64,000 nt of DNA, from the NCBI GenBank assembly GCA_020637365.1, contig JACJWE010000002.1:592776-656775 (forward strand), written 5' to 3'. This DNA is from Acidimicrobiia bacterium (GTDB lineage: Bacteria > Actinomycetota > Acidimicrobiia > IMCC26256 > JAGNEX01). The number at the start of each line of letters is the position of its first letter. The stretch's first letter is position 1. The notes beneath the pieces were generated by a model. That model was not told where the DNA came from. It searched no databases and was given only the letters and a program-made list of their open reading frames with translations. Below, piece by piece: positions 57,984 through 64,000 of the stretch. The translations under genes and the position numbers were made by a program.

Positions 57984-59675
57984 CTACTTGTGAAACTGCA
58001 GGTTGGGGCCCACGGTGAGGGCGTAACCAGCTGCAACCTCGGGCGCAAAGCTGCGAACGACGACCGTATATGGCCCGTTGTTATCGGGTTCGAACCTCAT
58101 TTCGGTCGACGTCCCGTAGAGCCCAAGGTTTGAGTCATCCTCTTCAGCGACGACGGTACCGTCGCCGTCAAGTACCCAAAGGAAGGTATCGAAGAGGCCA
58201 TCTACGCGCAGCGTGATGGGGTCATCGCCGCTGGTGTCGAGGTCGAAATAGTCCATGTCACCCGGAAAATCGAGCACCCCCATCACCTTGTCGCCAGCTG
58301 AAACCGAACCGGAATCCGAATCAGGTGCTGGCGTCAACGCGAAGTTGGACGTCACCTCTAACGTCCCAGGTTCACCGCTCACGTTCCAGATTGAAACCAC
58401 ATACATCCCCGCGCCGTCGACTTCGCCGACGAGCTCTACGTCGCTGTCTGCGTCCGTGAGGAAGTTGGCGTTCTGCGCGGCAAGAAAGTCGTCAAGCTGG
58501 GTTTCGGTGAGGACTCCGTCGTCGACGAGTGCCCGCACTTCAACCTCGTAAAACTCCCATTCGAGGAGGTCTCCTCCGGTAACTTGCTCCATGCTCAAAC
58601 CCGCTTCGTTGGCAAAATCGCGGAGATCGACTTCGGTATAGACGATCTCGTCCTGGGAGCCACCTGACGATTCGGCTGCCGCACCGGAACGCTCGATCGT
58701 GTAGTCGAGGTCATCGAAACAGGTCGCCGGGAGATCCCCAACGGGTCCACCTTGACCGTTGGTCACACTGACACAAATGTCAGGACCATCTGTCGATGCG
58801 GAAATCTCGACCGGGATGGGTATGTCGTCGCCTTCGGGTACCGACATGTAGAACGCGATCGGCCCGCCCGTCGATGACAGCTCGATCTCGAACTCATCAG
58901 CGGTGACCGCATCATCGGGAGGACGGAACGTCTCATCGATCGTGTCGCCATCGCGGAGTGCAGCGGTTCGCAACGCGACCGCCGCAGCGTCTTCAACCAG
59001 CGCAAAGTTCGCCTCGGTGAACGAGCCAAGTCCCGAGATTCCAATCAGGTGACCGCGGGCGTCGACGAGTGCGCCCCCAGATTGGCCGCCCGCAATCAAC
59101 GCGTCGGTCTGCAAGAACACGACCCCGAGATCATCAACGCTACGCCGCCTGGAGAGTACGCCGCCCGTAATCGCTGGTTGTGGGAAGTCTTCGAGTTCAC
59201 CCGGATACCCGATCAGGTACACCGTGGAGCCGATATCGACAGCACTCGAGTCGCTGAGCGCCATCGTCGGCTCTGAGGATTCGATAGGTCCCAACAGAGC
59301 AATGTCGGACACCGGATCCCAATAGGCGACCGGGGCTTCTTCGATCTCGGTACCGTCCGGGAAGGTGACCCGAACCGCTTCGAGGGGATAGGTGACGTGG
59401 TAGTTCGTCACGATCCAACCGTCCTCCAACAGTACGCCGCTACCAGAGGATCCGTCGGGCTGTTGAATGAACACCACCGACGGGCTGACCTTCTCAAAGA
59501 TCGTGGCTGCGTCTGTTGGCGAATCGTTGTGGTTGACGGCGACCAGGATGGAGATGACCATCGCCAAACCGGCGGCGACTAGAGCGAACCAAGCTGTCAA
59601 CGACGTTCGTGATCGCACTACCGCTCCTCGCGCGTTCCTGTTAAGCGTCCGACTGGCGATTGCGCGACGCCGCAA
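57984..59675 (-). CDS. Membrane-anchored trypsin-like (S1) serine protease with a C-terminal pre-peptidase (PPC) domain
   Basis: Catalytic triad contexts TNYHV, DIALL and GGQSGGALVD. An N-terminal TM is present. The C-terminal GDMDYFDLD...DTFLWVLDGDG is a PPC-like motif. Confidence 0.8.
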   Translation of the reverse strand: MRRRAIASRTLNRNARGAVVRSRTSLTAWFALVAAGLAMVISILVAVNHNDSPTDAATIFEKVSPSVVFIQQPDGSSGSGVLLEDGWIVTNYHVTYPLEAVRVTFPDGTEIEEAPVAYWDPVSDIALLGPIESSEPTMALSDSSAVDIGSTVYLIGYPGELEDFPQPAITGGVLSRRRSVDDLGVVFLQTDALIAGGQSGGALVDARGHLIGISGLGSFTEANFALVEDAAAVALRTAALRDGDTIDETFRPPDDAVTADEFEIELSSTGGPIAFYMSVPEGDDIPIPVEISASTDGPDICVSVTNGQGGPVGDLPATCFDDLDYTIERSGAAAESSGGSQDEIVYTEVDLRDFANEAGLSMEQVTGGDLLEWEFYEVEVRALVDDGVLTETQLDDFLAAQNANFLTDADSDVELVGEVDGAGMYVVSIWNVSGEPGTLEVTSNFALTPAPDSDSGSVSAGDKVMGVLDFPGDMDYFDLDTSGDDPITLRVDGLFDTFLWVLDGDGTVVAEEDDSNLGLYGTSTEMRFEPDNNGPYTVVVRSFAPEVAAGYALTVGPNLQFHK

Positions 59676-59735
59676 CTTCCCGATGGTAGACGGTTGACGG
59701 GAGAGCTTGGAGTTACTTGGAGTCGATTCGTGTGA

Positions 59736-61046
59736 TCAAGGAGCTGCCGTGGTCCCGATCGGACCGTAAGGATCGATGGCTTCGACCGGCACCGTCGTCG
59801 CCGATTCAGGGCCCGCTGCTGCCGGGCGTGAGGTACAGGGATCGATCCCCTTGGCGGTCAGGACCCGGCGGATTGCTTCATTGAGACGGTTCTCGGGAAC
59901 GGTGCCCGTTTCGACCGCCGTTTCGATCGCTTCGGCGACAGCGTCGACGTCTGCGGGGTCGTTACTACCGAGTAGGAGGAGGTCGTTACCGGCTTTCAAT
60001 GCCTCGACCGAGGCCTCTGGCAGTGTGTAGGACTGGGCGATTGCGCCCATTGAAAGTGCGTCCGTAATGACGAGACCGTCAAAGCGATACTCGTATCGGA
60101 GCAACCCGCGGATCATCTCTTCGGACAGAGATGCTGGTTTGTCGCCGGTGACGTCAGGAATGACGATATGGCCGACCATCACGGCGACATCGTCAGCGAG
60201 CAAGGGTTCGAAGGCCAGGAGGTCACGGGCGCGGAGTTCTTCGAGGGTAGGGCCGACGACGGGGGCGTCATGACTGTCGCCCGAGACGTGCCCGTGGCCA
60301 GGAAAATGCTTGAGCGTCGGCAGCACACCCGCGTTTGACCACGCGTCGATCGCGGCTTGGGCGAACTGGACGACGACGGCAGGATCGTCGCCATAGGACC
60401 GAGTACCAATTGCACCAGCGGTCGCATCGGTGGTGTCGACGTCGGGTGCAAACACCAGGTCCACACCGAGATCGGCGGCCTGGGTGGCGACGGCGCTGTA
60501 GGTTGCCCGGGCTGCAGCGACGTTACCTTCGGCAGCGATCGAACGTGCGCTGGCCAGATCGCCGACGAGCGGTTCGAGATACTGCACGGTGCCGCCCTCT
60601 TCGTCGACGGCGATGAACGGTGGAACGTCACCCCCGGAGGCTCGCCATGCCGTCACCGCTTCTTTGAGGTTGTCGCCGGGCGCGTTGCGCAAGAACAGTG
60701 CCCCGATACCGGCAGACGCGACCGTGTCGACCAGGTCGGGGTCGTCGACGGGCGCATCGAAGGCCAAGACCTGAAGCGTTCGCGACCGTTTTGGCCAGGT
60801 CGCCAGGCAATCGTCGGATGCCTGGGCATCCGCCAAGGCTCTGTCGATAGTCGTCGTGGTCGCATCGGCCAGCGTGGTCGAGGTTTGAGCGCTCAGCACG
60901 GTGGTGTCGCCGTCATCGCTGGTGTCACGCGATGTAATCGCCCACAAAGCGAGGGATACAACGGCGGCGACCATGAACGCGCCGCCGAGTATCCGCATCT
61001 GACGCACACGGCGCCGGCGTTCCCAACGGCTACGACTTGAAGCCAT
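59736..61046 (-). CDS. nagZ: GH3 beta-N-acetylhexosaminidase (NagZ/LpqI-like)
   Basis: KHFPGHGHVSGDSHD motif and the GH3 N-terminal domain pattern, with an N-terminal TM or signal sequence. Confidence 0.8.
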   Translation of the reverse strand: MASSRSRWERRRRVRQMRILGGAFMVAAVVSLALWAITSRDTSDDGDTTVLSAQTSTTLADATTTTIDRALADAQASDDCLATWPKRSRTLQVLAFDAPVDDPDLVDTVASAGIGALFLRNAPGDNLKEAVTAWRASGGDVPPFIAVDEEGGTVQYLEPLVGDLASARSIAAEGNVAAARATYSAVATQAADLGVDLVFAPDVDTTDATAGAIGTRSYGDDPAVVVQFAQAAIDAWSNAGVLPTLKHFPGHGHVSGDSHDAPVVGPTLEELRARDLLAFEPLLADDVAVMVGHIVIPDVTGDKPASLSEEMIRGLLRYEYRFDGLVITDALSMGAIAQSYTLPEASVEALKAGNDLLLLGSNDPADVDAVAEAIETAVETGTVPENRLNEAIRRVLTAKGIDPCTSRPAAAGPESATTVPVEAIDPYGPIGTTAAP

Positions 61047-61120
61047 CAGAACGCCGAACTTTCACCACTGTCACTCATGTGTGATTGGACCCTGCGAAAT
61101 AGAGGTTTGATGAGCGACAG

Positions 61121-61657
61121 TTACTGGTCGCGGTCAACTTCTGTGATGGTCACGGAGTTCATGTAGAGCGGTTCGCTCGGAGGCCCGTCACCACGGGAGT
61201 ACGACTCGAGCTTCTGCGCGTTTTCGAAGCCCTCGACGATGGTGCCAAAACGGGCGTAATGGGGCGGCAGACGTAGCGACCCAGAACCGGTCAGCAAGAA
61301 GAACTGTGACCCGTTGGTGTTCGGGCCAGCATTTGCCATCGCAACATCGCCCAGACGGTAGGGCGTGGTCGGCAGCTCGTCTTCGAAGCGATATCCGGGG
61401 CCGCCGGTACCGGTGCCGATGGGGCAGCCGCCCTGCACGACGAAATCGCGTACGACGCGGTGAAAGCTGAGGCCGTCGTAGAAACCCTGACGGGCGAGGA
61501 ACACAAAGTTGTTGACCGTCTTCGGCGCGGCCTTCGGGTCCATGCGCACCGTGATGGGGCCAGCGGTTGTATCGAACTCGGCGATATAGATCTTGTCGAG
61601 GTCGACCTCCATTGCTGGTGGCTGGCTCCACTGCTTGGGCTTTGGACTCATTGGCAT
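61121..61657 (-). CDS. ppiA: Cyclophilin-type peptidyl-prolyl cis-trans isomerase
   Basis: FHRVVRDFVVQGGCPIGTGTGGPGYRFEDE and NGSQFFL motifs. Confidence 0.9.
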   Translation of the reverse strand: MPMSPKPKQWSQPPAMEVDLDKIYIAEFDTTAGPITVRMDPKAAPKTVNNFVFLARQGFYDGLSFHRVVRDFVVQGGCPIGTGTGGPGYRFEDELPTTPYRLGDVAMANAGPNTNGSQFFLLTGSGSLRLPPHYARFGTIVEGFENAQKLESYSRGDGPPSEPLYMNSVTITEVDRDQ

Positions 61658-61922
61658 TCCTCCGAGGGTGCCCTCGTATTTGAGGGTCGAGCTTGGTCAG
61701 TCGTTCTCAGCAATTTTGTGAGGTGAGAAGCCGACTGCTTGGTTGGGCGAACCCTACCCCGCGCCTGTGACAGTCAAGGGTCATCGAGCGCCGATTCCCC
61801 GCTGTATCAACGGACTTCCAATGCAGCCGACGGTCTGATCGTTCCCTCCGATCGCCCCCGTCTGAGCAGCGGAGTTTGCTCGGATCACCCGCTGGCACCG
61901 GCGGAGATGCCAACATGCGGGG

Positions 61923-62348
61923 ATGACTTCGGTGTTGGCGCAGAGTTGGTTGGATGGGGAGAGTCTCACCATCCCGTTACCCGCCCCCCACGCGATCGGC
62001 GCCATATCGCTCGTCCTGTTGTTGGTAGCGACGGCTCTCGTCGGGGCACGAGCCGCTAATGCCGACTACGTGGATGGGTGGACGATGTTTTGGGTGGGAC
62101 TCGCCCAAATCTCGGTTGCTGCCAACATCGTCATTGGACTGTTGCTGCTCAACGATGGTCGAACCCTGGACCAACTCGTGCCGCACATGTTGTTGGGCCT
62201 CGCGCCACTGATGCTGTTCGTCGTGTTTGGATGGCGCGCCACACGCAAGTCGGTCGGATCGTCGCGCTACCTGTTCCTCATCATGGTATTAAGCCTGGTC
62301 ACGACTGGTCTGTCGTTCGCTATTGGCGAGGGCATCAAGATCTTCTGA
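61923..62348 (+). CDS. Hypothetical four-TM membrane protein
   Basis: Four hydrophobic helices. I recognise no family. Confidence 0.45.
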   Translation: MTSVLAQSWLDGESLTIPLPAPHAIGAISLVLLLVATALVGARAANADYVDGWTMFWVGLAQISVAANIVIGLLLLNDGRTLDQLVPHMLLGLAPLMLFVVFGWRATRKSVGSSRYLFLIMVLSLVTTGLSFAIGEGIKIF

Positions 62349-62399
62349 TCCTCGGTACCTTTGCCTGACGAGGCGATCCGCTATGAACGCGGGCTGTCT

Positions 62400-62435
62400 G
62401 GGCCACGGCCCGGCCTGTGCGCCCGGCCTCTCAGC
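62400..62435. repeat. Copy 2 of the 36-nt GC-rich dispersed intergenic repeat
   Basis: GGGCCACGGCCCGGCCTGTGCGCCCGGCCTCTCAGC, which matches the copy at 57889-57924. Confidence 0.75.
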
Positions 62436-62514
62436 ACGTTGACTATCGCCACGTGGACCATTCTCGACACAGAAGCGCTCAAGATTTGTCGGGTGTCACG
62501 CCGATAACATCCGT

Positions 62515-62988
62515 ATGTACGGCGCACTCTCACGGACCCGCACCTGGCTGCCGCTCGTCCTGATGAGCACCACGCTCGCGTTGGGCTGCACCAACCTGCA
62601 TACCGACTCAGGCACCGGTGCCTATGTTGAGCCCGGCGAAACAGGGACGACGGATCTCCGCTCGGGCCAATGCATCGAGAGCCTCGACGAGATGAGTCTG
62701 GGTTCTGTGCCCGTCGTCGACTGCGGCGAACCACACCGCTACGAAGTGTCGGCAACCGTATCGGTGGAGGAGGACCTCTCCGACTATGACCGCGCCGAAC
62801 TCGACCGCCTAGCTGGTGCACGCTGCGCCGACGCGTTCACCGAATACGTCGGCGTCGATGAAGAGATCCTGTCCGAGTCGAGCGTCTACCTGATGCCGTC
62901 AGAAGAGTCTTGGGATCGCGGGGATCGGCGAGTCAACTGCCTCGTCGCATCAGGAGAGCCGACAACCGGAAGCATGCGCCTGGCTTAG
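62515..62988 (+). CDS. Septum-formation-family lipoprotein
   Basis: Lipobox LALGCTN, and the pattern GQCI...VVDCGEPHRYEV...ARCADAF...WDRGDRRVNCLV as recalled for the Septum_form family. Confidence 0.65.
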   Translation: MYGALSRTRTWLPLVLMSTTLALGCTNLHTDSGTGAYVEPGETGTTDLRSGQCIESLDEMSLGSVPVVDCGEPHRYEVSATVSVEEDLSDYDRAELDRLAGARCADAFTEYVGVDEEILSESSVYLMPSEESWDRGDRRVNCLVASGEPTTGSMRLA

Positions 62989-63440
62989 CTGAGCTTCAAG
63001 CCCCAGTGGTCGACCATTGCGTAGATCGTCAACAGGAGGATGGCAGAGTCGAGAATGCCGAACATGCCGAGGCGGTCCCAAATGGCCTTGGCTTCGGTTT
63101 CATTACCAGCTTTCACCGCTGCTGAGTACTTCCGCAGACCGGGGGCGAAGACGCCCATGCCCAGCCCGGCACCGATGATGACGGCCAGGAAGCCGATCGA
63201 GACGAAGGTCGACGCCATGGAGATGTCGCCATCGATCACCAGACCGACACCCGTGATCAGCACGACGATCCCGGCGACGTTGTAGAGGACCCGGGCCATT
63301 GCAAGAAGGTTGTCCGACCACCACAAACGGACCTCACGCGAACTGGAAACCACCGACCGTGAGACGAAGGCCTGGACCATGTTGGCGCCAAACCAAGTGG
63401 CAACCGCTGCGATGTGGATGAACTTCAAGAAGGCGTACAT
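62985..63440 (-). CDS. DUF2269-like integral membrane protein
   Basis: MYAFLKFIHIAAVATWFGANMV begins a four-TM protein. Its 3' end overlaps the convergent neighbour by 4 nt. Confidence 0.55.
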   Translation of the reverse strand: MYAFLKFIHIAAVATWFGANMVQAFVSRSVVSSSREVRLWWSDNLLAMARVLYNVAGIVVLITGVGLVIDGDISMASTFVSIGFLAVIIGAGLGMGVFAPGLRKYSAAVKAGNETEAKAIWDRLGMFGILDSAILLLTIYAMVDHWGLKLS

Positions 63441-63611
63441 GCGAGGATGCTAACCCGTCGGCGGTCTGTCAACGAGTGTCGCGAGGATTATTGCTGAGGT
63501 GCCCGTCTGTTCGCCGTCGGACCGGGACAGGGGTGCCGATCGAGTAGCCACCCTGCCCCGGCGCCTCTCGCGCAGCGAATTCGAGCGGTCTGTAGGTGGG
63601 ACACCAGCCAC

Positions 63612-64000
63612 CTAGGCAGGCATGAGCGCCCAGTAGTCGAGGTCCAAAAGCACACCGTCGGCGTACTTGCCGTCGTCACCTCGCAGAGGAAAGTCGACGG
63701 GTTCTGCATCTTTGACGGCGACCAGGCGGAGCCGAATCGCTCCGATGCCGTTGCCCATGTCGGCGGTGTCCAGTACCTCTGACCAGGCGTACACCGTGTC
63801 GCCAGCAAAGCATGGAGCCGTGTGAGAACCACCGTTGATCGCGGCGATCAACGGTGCGTTCGCAAGGCCATTAAACGACAACGCTCGCGCCAGGCTGATG
63901 ATGTGGCCTCCGTAGATGAGCCGTTTCCCGTCTGGGCGCGCCTGCACGTTGAAGTGCACTTTGGCGGTGTTTTGCCAGAGCCGTGTCGCCATCATGTGCT
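63612..64000 (-). CDS. MaoC-like (hotdog fold) dehydratase, C-terminal part; the gene continues past the right edge
   Basis: RLIYGGHIISLARALSFNGL and AIRLRLVAVKD are typical of MaoC/enoyl-CoA hydratase 2 proteins. The frame is still open at position 64000. Confidence 0.6.
   Translation of the reverse strand, partial: HMMATRLWQNTAKVHFNVQARPDGKRLIYGGHIISLARALSFNGLANAPLIAAINGGSHTAPCFAGDTVYAWSEVLDTADMGNGIGAIRLRLVAVKDAEPVDFPLRGDDGKYADGVLLDLDYWALMPA

Overview
High-GC (about 60%) actinobacterial chromosome segment covering the replication-origin neighbourhood. The left 38 kb is core and follows the Mycobacterium/Streptomyces-type ori synteny. On the minus strand: dnaB, rplI-rpsR-ssb-rpsF, panB, cca. 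On the plus strand: a DUF6049-like envelope protein, a Ser/Thr kinase, an ECF sigma with an anti-sigma-like protein, and trxB-trxA-cwlM. On the minus strand: parB-parA, a 1.15 kb gap, then rsmG-jag-yidC-yidD-rnpA-rpmH. On the plus strand: dnaA, oriC, dnaN-recF-dciA-gyrB-gyrA, a DUF3566 protein and tRNA-Ile. The right 25 kb carries a CUT1-type sugar ABC importer, a WhiB7-like regulator with a long leader, a WS/DGAT acyltransferase with a basic repeat tail, an ABC-2 exporter, a UvrD-family helicase with an HRDC domain, acs, a duplicated-domain lipoprotein, an S1 protease, NagZ, cyclophilin and small envelope proteins. I found no CRISPR array, transposase, integrase or recognisable defence island. 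The observations most worth a second look are listed here. (1) A second DnaA-box array lies upstream of dnaB and shares a double-box module with oriC. (2) An ORF-free 1.15 kb insertion with two parS sites splits the rsmG-parA junction. (3) An active kinase is translationally coupled to an ECF sigma at the position where mycobacteria encode MurJ fused to a pseudokinase. (4) A whiB7 attenuator-like leader is present. (5) A WS/DGAT is fused to a histone-tail-like repeat. (6) Two genes carry apparent one-nucleotide frameshifts. All calls rest on motif reading and recalled family knowledge. No database search was run.
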